A stretch of 64,000 nt of DNA from an uncultured delta proteobacterium (GTDB lineage Bacteria; Desulfobacterota; Desulfobacteria; Desulfobacterales; QNYZ01), in contig CAWANO010000004.1 of NCBI GenBank assembly GCA_963783425.1, forward strand, positions 6,969-70,968, read 5' to 3'. Position 1 is the first letter of the stretch. Each line of letters opens with the position of its first letter. Positions 40,061-48,903 of the stretch are shown in pieces. The position numbers were made by a program, and so were the translations under genes. The notes beneath the pieces are model-generated. The model made no database searches, had not been told where the DNA came from, and worked only from the letters and a program-made list of their open reading frames with translations.

Positions 40061-41245
40061 CTAGGTATCAAACTGAATGATAAAGCACCCCTTTTTCTGT
40101 AATTTAACTCGCGGGGTCGATTTCTCCTTCAGGTTCAGATAGATTTTACCCGTTTCCCATTCCTCACTGATTTCCATTAATACAGCACTGACCAGGCGAA
40201 GTAGCGACGTTTCGTTTGGGAATAACGTTGCCACTCGTGTGCGGCGTTTGACCTCACGGTTCACCCGCTCCAACATGTTGGTGGTGCGCATTCGTCGGCG
40301 ATGACCCATGGGTAGCGAAAAGACCGCAAAACCTTCGGGCAGAGCCGTCTCCATCCAGCGGGACAGATGCGACGCCGACTGCCGATACTTCTCCACCGCC
40401 TGCTCCAAAAGACTCTTGGCCTCTTTATCGTCCGGCGCCGCCAAGATACGGTCAATCTTCCGGTTAACGGGTTTTAGCATCTCTCTTTTGGGTACATACG
40501 CGGCGGCATTACGCTGAAGATGAAAATGGCAGCGATTCCAGGCCGCCCCACTAAAGGTCGCCTTGATAGCAGTCTTCAAGCCTTCGTGGTCGTCGCTGGT
40601 GATCAGTTCAACACCATGCAAACCGCGCTTTTTCAAGCCGGATAAAAAGGTGCGCCAATGCACCTCTGCCTCACTCAACGAACAACTGACACCCAACAGG
40701 GTGCGTTTACCATCATCCCGCACCCCGGCGGCAATTAATACTGCACAGCAACGAATCGCCCCATCTACACGAACATCTTCATAACGAGCGTCCAGTAACA
40801 AATAGGGGCAGTGACCCAAAGAGCGGTTGCGCCACTGTTCCAGCTGTTTATCCAACAGCTTGGCGCAACGGCTCACCTCCGTGGTGGTCACCTCCAGGCC
40901 GCCCAGGCTCTCCATCACTTTGGTTACCTTGCGCGCGGAGACTCCGTTGACATACATCTCGCCTATGGCCAGCTTCATGGCTCTTTCACTACGCAACCCC
41001 CGCTCCAAAGCAGACGGGTAAAATTTCACACCGCCGCGAACCTGGGGGACTCTAAGGGGGAGAGACCCCACTCGGGATTTGAAGGGTTTGTCCCTATAGC
41101 CGTTGCCATGCCCCTTACGCGAAGCGGTTCGCTGCCACGGATCGGCGCCCAGGATGCGGCTGCACGCGACTTTCATCGCTTCATTGATCAAAACCGAGAC
41201 AACGTCGGCCAGGCCATCCATACCGTTTTCAATTAAGGCTTCCAA
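40061..41245 (-). CDS. IS256-family (Mutator-type) transposase
   Basis: Intact 394 aa: ...YLLLDARYEDVRVDG...LLGVSCSLSEAEVHWRTFLSGLKKRGLHGVELITSDDHEGLKTAIKATFSGAAWNRCHFHLQRNA...TTNMLERVNREVKRRTRV. The ORF runs through the left IR. Confidence 0.9.
   Translation of the reverse strand: MEALIENGMDGLADVVSVLINEAMKVACSRILGADPWQRTASRKGHGNGYRDKPFKSRVGSLPLRVPQVRGGVKFYPSALERGLRSERAMKLAIGEMYVNGVSARKVTKVMESLGGLEVTTTEVSRCAKLLDKQLEQWRNRSLGHCPYLLLDARYEDVRVDGAIRCCAVLIAAGVRDDGKRTLLGVSCSLSEAEVHWRTFLSGLKKRGLHGVELITSDDHEGLKTAIKATFSGAAWNRCHFHLQRNAAAYVPKREMLKPVNRKIDRILAAPDDKEAKSLLEQAVEKYRQSASHLSRWMETALPEGFAVFSLPMGHRRRMRTTNMLERVNREVKRRTRVATLFPNETSLLRLVSAVLMEISEEWETGKIYLNLKEKSTPRVKLQKKGCFIIQFDT
40070..40078. repeat. 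Left copy of the 9-bp target-site duplication AAACTGAAT of the IS256-family element
   Basis: Identical 9-mers directly abut both ends of the element (40070-40078 and 41443-41451). Confidence 0.85.
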
Positions 41246-41442
41246 TGCATGCTCATTTTTTGTAGATTAAACACAGTGGGTCATTTAAGTTCCTCCTTTT
41301 TTGGTTTCAGCGAACCTAAGGAGTATTGATTAGACCCACGTTTTCAAGTTTTCGATTGAGCTTGCCTCCCAGGGGGATTTTTAGGCCCCCTTGGGTACAA
41401 ACTCTAACCCTCGACAAAAAATTACAGAAAACGGTACACTAA
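40079..41442 (-). mobile_element. Intact IS256-family insertion sequence (1364 bp)
   Basis: Imperfect terminal inverted repeats: gataaagcacccctttttctgtaattt.. at the left, versus the reverse complement of the right end ttagtgtaccgttttctgtaattt... It has a single Mutator-type transposase ORF and a 9-bp TSD. Confidence 0.85.
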
Positions 41443-41451
41443 AAACTGAAT
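41443..41451. repeat. Right copy of the 9-bp target-site duplication AAACTGAAT
   Basis: See 40070-40078. Confidence 0.85.
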
Positions 41452-41643
41452 TGGTATCTAATCTATATTGTGGGGACACGTAATATCCCCTCAAACCCCT
41501 TTTATGCATCTTTACACCACCGTAAGCGGATGGGGTATTAAATACCACAGTTGAAACAATGCAAAAAAAATGCCCGTTGGAATATATTGGAAAAAATAGC
41601 TTAGATATGGGATCTCATTGGTGTCCGGTTAAGAATCGAATAA

Positions 41644-41817
41644 CGCGGTTATGCACAAAGCTCCAGTTAGAAAAGTATGGCCCGATCTGAAGTTCGATAA
41701 AATCAAGCATATTGTATAACACCCCGGAAAATCAGTAAAGTTGGATTTCAATAAAATCATGTTTGATGCCATAATGATTTCATAAATCAGCCTACTGGAG
41801 CTTTGTGCATAACCGCG
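41644..41817. repeat. About 24-bp inverted repeat pair (cgcggttatgcacaaagctccagt / actggagctttgtgcataaccgcg) enclosing about 125 bp at the transposase 3' end
   Basis: Read directly. The right arm encodes the last residues of the IS4 transposase (..AVMHKAPVG). Confidence 0.8.
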
Positions 41818-42980
41818 TCGAATAATTTCAATTGGATATGGCCGGTAGTAATTTCGTTTTTGTAATAGTTTTCTGTGAACACCCATGAAATAAGGGTTTT
41901 CTCAAAAAGGGTTATGCTTAAAATCTGTAAAATTGTGTAGAGGCTCTGTTCCAGCTTCAAGCGTTTTTTCACGATGGCAACCAGCACATAAACGCAGATG
42001 GCAATCCAAATTTGAGTCTTAACAGCGGTTTCAGAAATACCGAAAAATTTCTTTATCCGTAGGTGCTGTTTGATCCATTTAAAAAACAGCTCCACTTGCC
42101 ATCGGCACTTGTACAAATCCGCTACGGTTCGAGCCTCTAAAGAAAAATTGTTGGTTAGAAACGTTAGTCGTTTTTTTGTTCCTGTGTCGTAATACTTTAT
42201 CCGCCTGAGTTTATCCGGATAAGCATTTGCCGATTTTGTTATGACCGGCCGTACGGTCTGATCACAAATGATACCGGTGGATTTATCCACTGGTGCCGAG
42301 TACAAACGGCGCAGTTGCGTATTCTTCTTGGTTCTCAAAATGAAAAAGGCTAAACCACTGTGCAGGCTATAGAGCCTTTCAAAATCGAGATAGGCGCGAT
42401 CCATAACATAAATTGAACCGGGCTCTGGTAACAGCTCATCAACGATGTTGACATCATGAACCTTGGCGTCGGTTATAGAAACAAACGAAGGGATGCTACC
42501 CCTCAGGTCAAGCAGCGTATGGAGCTTTATCCCGCTTTTTGTTGATCGGAACCGCGCCCATGGAAAAACAGACCGACACAGATCAATAGTGGATGCATCC
42601 AATGCGTACACCGTTTCATCGAGCTGGAGGCCAAAGTCATCATCAGCATAAAGTTCTCGGGCCCAGCCAATCAGAACTTGTGCAAAGTCACAGTAAATGC
42701 GCCAATCTCGCTTTTCGTTTGCATCAGCAAGCGTACTTTTGGCAATTTCGGTCTGAATGCCAACGTGGTGAAGCTTGCCTTGCATGGCGCGCAAACATAG
42801 CACCGTATCGCGGAGGCTTTCACGATAGGTCAACTGGGCGAACGCCATGCAAAGAAACTGTTCATAGCATGTAAAAGAACGAATCCGGTAGTTGCCTTTA
42901 TATCGTTTAACGCATGTGCGAAAGCTCTTTTTGGGTAGAAAATCTAACAGTTGTGAAAAACCGATCCGCCCCTCATACAT
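41787..42980 (-). CDS. IS4-family DDE transposase (DUF4372 + DDE_Tnp_1 type)
   Basis: Intact 397 aa: FSQLLDFLPKKSFRTCVKRYKGNYRIRSFTCYEQFLCMAFAQLTYRESLRD...YALDASTIDL...YVMDRAYLDFERL...YKCRWQVELFFKWIKQHLRIK. Confidence 0.85.
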   Translation of the reverse strand: MYEGRIGFSQLLDFLPKKSFRTCVKRYKGNYRIRSFTCYEQFLCMAFAQLTYRESLRDTVLCLRAMQGKLHHVGIQTEIAKSTLADANEKRDWRIYCDFAQVLIGWARELYADDDFGLQLDETVYALDASTIDLCRSVFPWARFRSTKSGIKLHTLLDLRGSIPSFVSITDAKVHDVNIVDELLPEPGSIYVMDRAYLDFERLYSLHSGLAFFILRTKKNTQLRRLYSAPVDKSTGIICDQTVRPVITKSANAYPDKLRRIKYYDTGTKKRLTFLTNNFSLEARTVADLYKCRWQVELFFKWIKQHLRIKKFFGISETAVKTQIWIAICVYVLVAIVKKRLKLEQSLYTILQILSITLFEKTLISWVFTENYYKNEITTGHIQLKLFDAVMHKAPVG

Positions 42981-43766
42981 CGCCGCCTCCCTTCGCTATT
43001 GTGTCCTACGAAGGGTTGTAAGGGGCAATTTTTACGATTCCAAGAGGTTGCCCATGTGAAAATCGCAATATATCCAGTATTAACAACAAGATACAACAAA
43101 ATATGGCAATCTTAACCGGACACTAGTGGACAATAATATATATTTCTATTTGTACCGATCCAAACTCACGCCGAGCGTTAAATCTGTAGAAAATGCAACT
43201 GCCAGCACTCATTAACAGCCCGGACGGTCATCGATAGCTCGAAGAAACCGATTACATACTGGCGTAAAGCGATGTTGTTTTTCACACACGCAAATCCGGC
43301 ATCAATGCCGTTAGTCTCAAAGAACTATTGGCCCTGGTTAGCTACCACAGCGCCTTTTGATAGCTGAAAACCAAGACGATGCACCATATAAAATGGGACG
43401 AAATCAAGTGGGATGTCGACCCAATTTCCATTTTTTTCTCATTTGTGCTTTCTATAAAACCACGGAAAATATTCTTCACGTGATTAAAAGTTGGCAAACC
43501 TACTGGATGATACCATTTCCGAAACTAGGAATAAAATTACAGGATATTGGGGAAAATATTACATAATTATCTATGGAAAATTTTTATCGATCACTTTTTG
43601 TTTCATTTTCTGACTTCGACAATGATAGGCATATTATCCAGGCTATCCATTGAATTAAAGTGGATTTGACAAGAATTCACATTACTATCAAATTGAAAGG
43701 GCTCAAATAGACCCTACCAGCAGTGCCTCCGAATCCCTATTTTCGATTTAAACAATCTGTTCTCAT

Positions 43767-44685
43767 TCATTCAAGAAGAAGATGCATTGAATTTATCCAG
43801 CCAGCATCTGGTCGTACAGGTCCAGCATCGAGGTCAGGACGCATCATCAATAGCGCCTTTGCCGCTCCCAATACTGTGTTTTCCGCATCCTCAGGAACAT
43901 AGGTCAGCGAGCTTGTCCCGAACGTATAGTTGGCAGGAGAGAATATAAATTGGTCACTTTTCATCCATCCTTTTGGCAGATCGGGATTTTCCTCATAGAC
44001 GATCTGGGCCAATTTGGTAACCCAATAGGTGAAATTGTCTTCATCCGGCAGAGGCGGCATAAGAAACATGAGGATTTTATCGTTGCCATAAGCCCACTTG
44101 GCAAACGGAGCCACATGCGCGGCAACATTGGACCGGGTATTATGGGGAAAATATTCGATACAGACGCCATCGAGAAGGTTTTTAACGGATTCGACGTGAT
44201 CATGATCTTGAACCCAGGAATGGCTGTTCATTATGATCTTCTTGTCCGGAAATCTGTCCCTGACCCGCTGCAACTCATCCCTGGTCAGCATCGAATTCCC
44301 AGCCGTGCCGTCGAGCACAAATACATAGGGCACGGACAAGCCGAAGCTTTCAATAAAGGCGATATCGGGTTGGGTGCTGTCCCAGTGAATCCCATCATAT
44401 GGCAATTCGGTAATTGCGCGGCGCTGTTTAAAGTTATTGAAAACGGCTTCTTGCTGACTTCGTGTTAGTCGCCCGATAGGAACTAGATTTCGCCAAAGGC
44501 CCCCAGCTCAGGTCTGCCACAACGGGCCATTTGCTTCGATCTCCCATAGCTATGGTGGCACTTGGGTCAGCTGTGGAGCCAAGGCCGACGGCGACCTCAT
44601 ATGCTAAAGCGCATGGTACCAAGAATAGCATTAAGGTCATAACAATAGCTATGGTGAATATTTTTTGACCGGTATCCATCATCAA
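43767..44685 (-). CDS. Secreted hypothetical protein, one apparent frameshift at a G-run near 44500
   Basis: The signal peptide MMMDTGQKIFTIAIVMTLMLFLVPCALA and about 40 aa lie in 44434-44685. The protein continues in the 43767-44405 frame (NLVPIGRLTRSQQEAVFNNFKQRRAITELPYDGIHWDSTQPD...). I recognise no family. Confidence 0.5.
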
Positions 44686-44929
44686 TCTCCTTCAAATTAG
44701 GGTTTGCTGAAAAATTTTTATCGTCTTTTCTCAGCAGGGCTTGCTAAGGGAGTCCTCTCGCACCGCACACTCAGTCTTGGTAAACTCTGTCAATAAGGCG
44801 TTCATGGCATTTCTATTCCGGGTGGCTTTTTCCCAATTAGTATAAGGATAAATGTGCCTTTGGGATGTAAAATACCCGCTGCGCCAAAAGCATTCTCGCT
44901 CTTTGAAGAAGGAAAAAAAGATGACGACC

Positions 44930-45159
44930 AGCCACCGCTTCAGGTTCATCACAACAAAGGCCAACATGATGGCCATCTCACTGGTGCCCGCCAACTTGGT
45001 CATGATTCGATTCAGACTGTAACGACGCTTAACCTGGCCGAATTTACCTTCAACGGCATTGCGCTCGATCTCATCTTGTCGGGCCTGATACCGGGCTACT
45101 TCGTGTTGACGGGCATTTGCCGCAGTTTGTTTCGGTGGTCGACCTGCTAAGGGGTACAT
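44930..45159 (-). pseudogene. IS5-like DDE transposase C-terminal fragment
   Basis: AGRPPKQTAANARQHEVARYQARQDEIERNAVEGKFGQVKRRYSLNRIMTKLAGTSEMAIMLAFVVMNLKRWL matches the conserved C-terminal block of IS5-type transposases. No N-terminal part is present. Confidence 0.55.
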
Positions 45160-45184
45160 TACTTACCCGACATTTATGATATGA

Positions 45185-45460
45185 TATATCGAACGTGTTT
45201 ACTTTAAAGAAGCCGATGATTTTCTCTGGCATCTTTTGTAATGCTCTCAAACTCGAAAGGACTTTTCTTTTCAAATCATCTGGACCGGTAACGATGCGTC
45301 TACCAATTCGATGGTTCATCACATTGTTCCAGACCAATTCATCAGGATTGAGTTCCGGAGAATAGGGCGGTAATATGAAAAGACGCAAATTATACCCTCT
45401 GTGGCCTTAATAAAATCTCTGACCTTTATGGCTTTGTGGGTTGGATGACCATCGACTGTA
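45185..45460 (-). pseudogene. IS630-family (DDE_3) transposase C-terminal fragment
   Basis: VDGHPTHKAIKVRDFIKATEG.. then (after a frame change) RLFILPPYSPELNPDELVWNNVMNHRIG... Confidence 0.7.
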
Positions 45461-45495
45461 TATCTTCAGACCCTTTGGGACAAGGTTGGCATTTG

Positions 45496-46108
45496 TTAAC
45501 AGACACCTTCCCTGAGAATTGCCGGTTTAATCAGCTCATCAATTAGGGGCTCCAGCCCCATGTTCATGCGCCTTTTGTTGCGCATGGTCTGTTCTTTGAC
45601 CGAGTTTCTCGCTTTGGTGATTTTTTCTGCCCTGCCGTGGTATACATCGGCCGGTGTTAGGTTGTCCAGCGACTCGTGCACGCGCTGGTGGTTGTAGTAT
45701 TGCACATACTCGCCGAGCTTGTGCTCCAACTTCCAGGGCAGATAATAGTGCTCCAAATTGATCACGTTTTTCATGGAGCGGTGATAGCGCTCGATCTTGC
45801 CCTGGGTCATGGGTGATCTGGCCTGCCCCTGGTGTGCATCATGCCGTGCTCTTCAAGATAAGTTCCCAATTCTCCCGAAAGATAACAGGGGCCGTTGTCA
45901 CTAAGCAACCTGGGACGATGCCGGACCTCCACACCCCTGATCCCGGTTTTGTTGATGGCAAAGTCCAGGGTGTTTTTCACATCATCAGCGGCCATGGTCT
46001 CAGTCAATAGCCAGGCGATGAAATAACGGCTGAAATCATCGAGCACCGTAGACAGGTAATACCAACCCCAACCGATGATTTTGAAATACGTGAAATCTCT
46101 GAATGGAT
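45496..46108 (-). pseudogene. rve (integrase-core) DDE transposase fragment, N-terminally truncated and frame-broken at 45807-45810
   Basis: DFTYFKIIGWGWYYLSTVLDDFSRYFIAWLLTETMAADDV...LLSDNGPCYLSGEL..TRGRPDHP / MTQGKIERYHRSMKNVINLEHYYLPWKLEHKLGEYVQYYNHQRVHESLDNLTPADVYHGR. Confidence 0.7.
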
Positions 46109-46163
46109 AGTATTTTGCAAACTATTTCAACAAGCCGTTGTGAAGTGCCCCCTGTTTGAGCAT

Positions 46164-47684
46164 TCAGCTACCGCCGTAGCACTGCTTAACGGCGGTGCGG
46201 TCGGGCGTGCCATCTTCCAAAAGTGGCATCTCGGTTACAAACTCCACGTACTGGGGTTTTTTGTAGCGGGCGATGCGCGTGCCCACGAAATCGATCAGCG
46301 CTTTGGCGGTGAGGTTTTCACCTGTTTTCAGGCGGCAGACGGCCTTGATGCCCTCTTTCCATTTGGGATCGGGTACGCCGAATACCACTACCGCCTTAAC
46401 GGCGGGATGATCGAGGATCACTTTTTCCACTTCGGCCGGATAGACATTCTCGCCGCCCGGTTTAATCAACTCCTTGTCGGCCTTGCGCCCCTCGTACCAG
46501 AGAAAGCCGTCGGCGTCGAAACGCCCCAGGTCGCCGGTGTGGTGCCAGCCGGCGCGAAAGGTTTTGCGGTTGTCTTCGGGGCGGCGCCAGTAGCCCTTGA
46601 ACACCATGGGCCCGCGCATGACGATCTCGCCGATCTCACCGGTGGCCACGTGCCTGTCGTGGTTGTTGAAGAGCGCCACCAGGCCGTTGGTGACGGGGCG
46701 ACCGGCGGCGCCGGGGCAATCGTCGTAGGCGGCCGTGGTGGTGAGTAGGCTGGTTTCGGTTTGGCCGAAAAGGCAGTAAAAACGGCCGCCGCTAACTTTT
46801 TGGTAGCGCTCGATCGTCTCGGGGGCTTCGATGCCCAGCACGCCCCTCAGGCCGCTGATGTCGGCGCCGGTCTCCTGCTGGCGGTTGAGGATTGTGCCAA
46901 GGATTGGTGCAAAATCGAACATGATGGTGCTATCGCCCGCGGCGATCTGGTCCATGGCGGTGGCGGCGTCAAAGCGTTTTAGATTGACATTGAGCGCTCC
47001 GGCGTGAAAGGCGTGCAAGGCCATGAAAAGACCGGCCACGTGAAAAAGCGGCAGCAAGTTGAGGTGGCTATCGTCGGGCCGCGTGTCAAAGAGCGTCTTG
47101 ATGTGCATGTTTGCACAAACCACATTGGTGTGGCTCATTACGGCGCCCCGTGGCTTCCCCTCCACGGCAGCGGTATGGATGATGATAAAATCGTTCTGAC
47201 CTTCCACCACGGGCAATGTCAGGGTGCCGTCGTGGGTCATCAGACGCGAGATGTGGCCCTCGGCCTGATCAGGGCCATCGAGCCGGTAGATGTGTTTAAC
47301 CGATTCGAGGCGCGCACGATTTTCCTCGAGCAGGGCGTGGTAGTCGCTATCACAAAAGAGCACTTTGGGGGTTGTGTCGTTGAAATTGAAGACCACCTCA
47401 TCGGCCGAAAGGCGCCAGTTGACGGGTACCACAATAGCGCCCAGGGCCGCCGCCGCGCCGAAGATCTCGAAAAAAGGCAGGCTGTTTTGCGCCAGCACCC
47501 CGATGCGGTCACCGTGTTCCACGCCCAGCGATTGCAGGCCGGCGGCCAGGCGGTCGACCTCGCGGCGGTACTGGGCAAAGGTGACCGAGTGTCCGCCGTC
47601 GACATCGCGCCAAGCTTCGGCCGGGCCGATGAGGCGGTCGTTTTGAACGATGATATCGTAAAAGGTCAGATCGTATAGGCCCAT
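46164..47684 (-). CDS. AMP-dependent acyl-CoA synthetase/ligase
   Basis: Intact. IIIHTAAVEGKPRGAVMSH (AMP-binding motif), GQTETS, GWHHTGDLG, RKADKELIKPGGENVYPAEVE. The start is taken at MGLYDL. Confidence 0.8.
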   Translation of the reverse strand: MGLYDLTFYDIIVQNDRLIGPAEAWRDVDGGHSVTFAQYRREVDRLAAGLQSLGVEHGDRIGVLAQNSLPFFEIFGAAAALGAIVVPVNWRLSADEVVFNFNDTTPKVLFCDSDYHALLEENRARLESVKHIYRLDGPDQAEGHISRLMTHDGTLTLPVVEGQNDFIIIHTAAVEGKPRGAVMSHTNVVCANMHIKTLFDTRPDDSHLNLLPLFHVAGLFMALHAFHAGALNVNLKRFDAATAMDQIAAGDSTIMFDFAPILGTILNRQQETGADISGLRGVLGIEAPETIERYQKVSGGRFYCLFGQTETSLLTTTAAYDDCPGAAGRPVTNGLVALFNNHDRHVATGEIGEIVMRGPMVFKGYWRRPEDNRKTFRAGWHHTGDLGRFDADGFLWYEGRKADKELIKPGGENVYPAEVEKVILDHPAVKAVVVFGVPDPKWKEGIKAVCRLKTGENLTAKALIDFVGTRIARYKKPQYVEFVTEMPLLEDGTPDRTAVKQCYGGS

Positions 47685-47700
47685 AGTTGTGCTCCTTGTG

Positions 47701-48730
47701 TTAGGCTGCAAAATCCGCCTTGAGGATCGTGTTGATCTCCTCGGGAAAGGCCATGCAAAGGGTTTCGTTGTAGAGGTTTCGCAGCGCGCCCACATCAGGC
47801 GTGGCCAGGGCCTGGTTGAAAAAGGTGCGCGGCGAAAAAAGTAGGTGAAAACGGGTGTGGTCGTCCTGTTTGCGACCGGGAAAAAGGTTCATATTAAAGC
47901 TGTAGATGCCCATGCGGTCGTAGGCCTTCATCAGGCGCGTGAGGCCGGTGGCGATGTCGAGCAAGTCCTGGGCGGTCAGATCGAGGGTGCAGACCGTCCC
48001 TTCGACCACGGCCAGCACGTCGCCGGCAACGCCCATGGGGGCCCAGGCGGTCATCCACTCGGTGCGGCCGATGCGGTCCAGGTAGCGCTCGCCTGCGCTT
48101 TTTTCGTGAGCTACGAAATCGTCCCAAAAGTTCGTTGCCGTTTTTCTCGGTGTAGGCCCGGCTGGCGGCCAGCTCCTGGGCCAGCAGGTTGGGGGGCGAA
48201 CTGGTGGCAAACACCTGCAGGTGAGGGTGGATCAGAGAGCTGCCCGCCGGCGGCATGTAGTTCCAGTTGATGAGGTGATAGACAGATTCGGGATGTTCCA
48301 GCGCCTCCAGCCGCTGAAAATAATCAAAGGCCAGGCCGAACGCGCCCGCGATGCGCTGGGGCGCGAAGTCGGTCATGGGGATGTAGTGCCGGGCGCTGAT
48401 GGTGGCCACGGCCCCCAGGGCGTCGTAGGGCGCGATGTTGGGAAAAAGTACCATGTCCTCTGACACCATACGCCCGTCAGGGACGATCTCTTCGGGAAAG
48501 CAGGGGGTGATCTGCATCACCCGCTGGCCGCAAAAGGGGCACATTTTGTCGGTTCCCGCTACCAGGGCCTCAAAATCAGGCTGCTCCCACTTGAGGGCCA
48601 TGAAGTGACAAATGCGGGCAGTGCGACCGGTAAGCGGGTCGGTTCGTATCTCGCTTTTAATGCTACGCGTCTCCATCCCCTTGGCGGGATTGCGCATGAC
48701 GGTCTCTTTGGGCAGGGCGTGTAGTTGCAT
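47701..48730 (-). CDS. Galactose-1-phosphate uridylyltransferase-like (GalT/HIT superfamily) protein, one apparent frameshift near 48130
   Basis: A Cys cluster CPFCG and the HxHxQ-type motif SLIHPHLQVF lie in 47894-48790. The C-terminal half (NFWDDFVAHEKSAGERYLDRIGRTEWMTAWAPMG...FHLLFSPR) lies in 47701-48210. The start is taken at MQLHALPKE behind AAGGAG. Confidence 0.6.
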
Positions 48731-48903
48731 GGGCATCTCCTTATGTTCGGTGATGATGCCATCATAATAATTAGGAGACCGCACGGTCAAGGTGAAACAT
48801 GCCTGCCGCCCTGCCTTGACGCTGAGCGGCTTTTTGCCTATTGTGGCACTCGTTGTTCATTTTCCTCCGCTGCACGTCGAATCTATACCACAAGGAGATT
48901 GCG

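Larger units (their letters stand above)
41619..43125 (-). mobile_element. IS4-family insertion sequence (about 1.5 kb), no obvious target duplication
   Basis: Terminal inverted repeats are tggtgtccggttaagaatcg (41619-) and the reverse complement of 43107-43125, tagtgtccggttaagattg. The flanks atgggatctcat / gtggacaataat do not match each other. Confidence 0.7.

Noticed and set aside
39594-40071. The ORFs 39594-39860 (+), 39638-39820 (-) and 39703-40071 (-), considered as a possible toxin-antitoxin pair or a gene disrupted by the IS256 insertion.
   Set aside because: I saw no recognisable domain, and the composition is AT-rich and low-complexity. Joining the sequence across the excised IS (41452 onward) does not extend any of these frames into a longer ORF. 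The region looks like IS debris.
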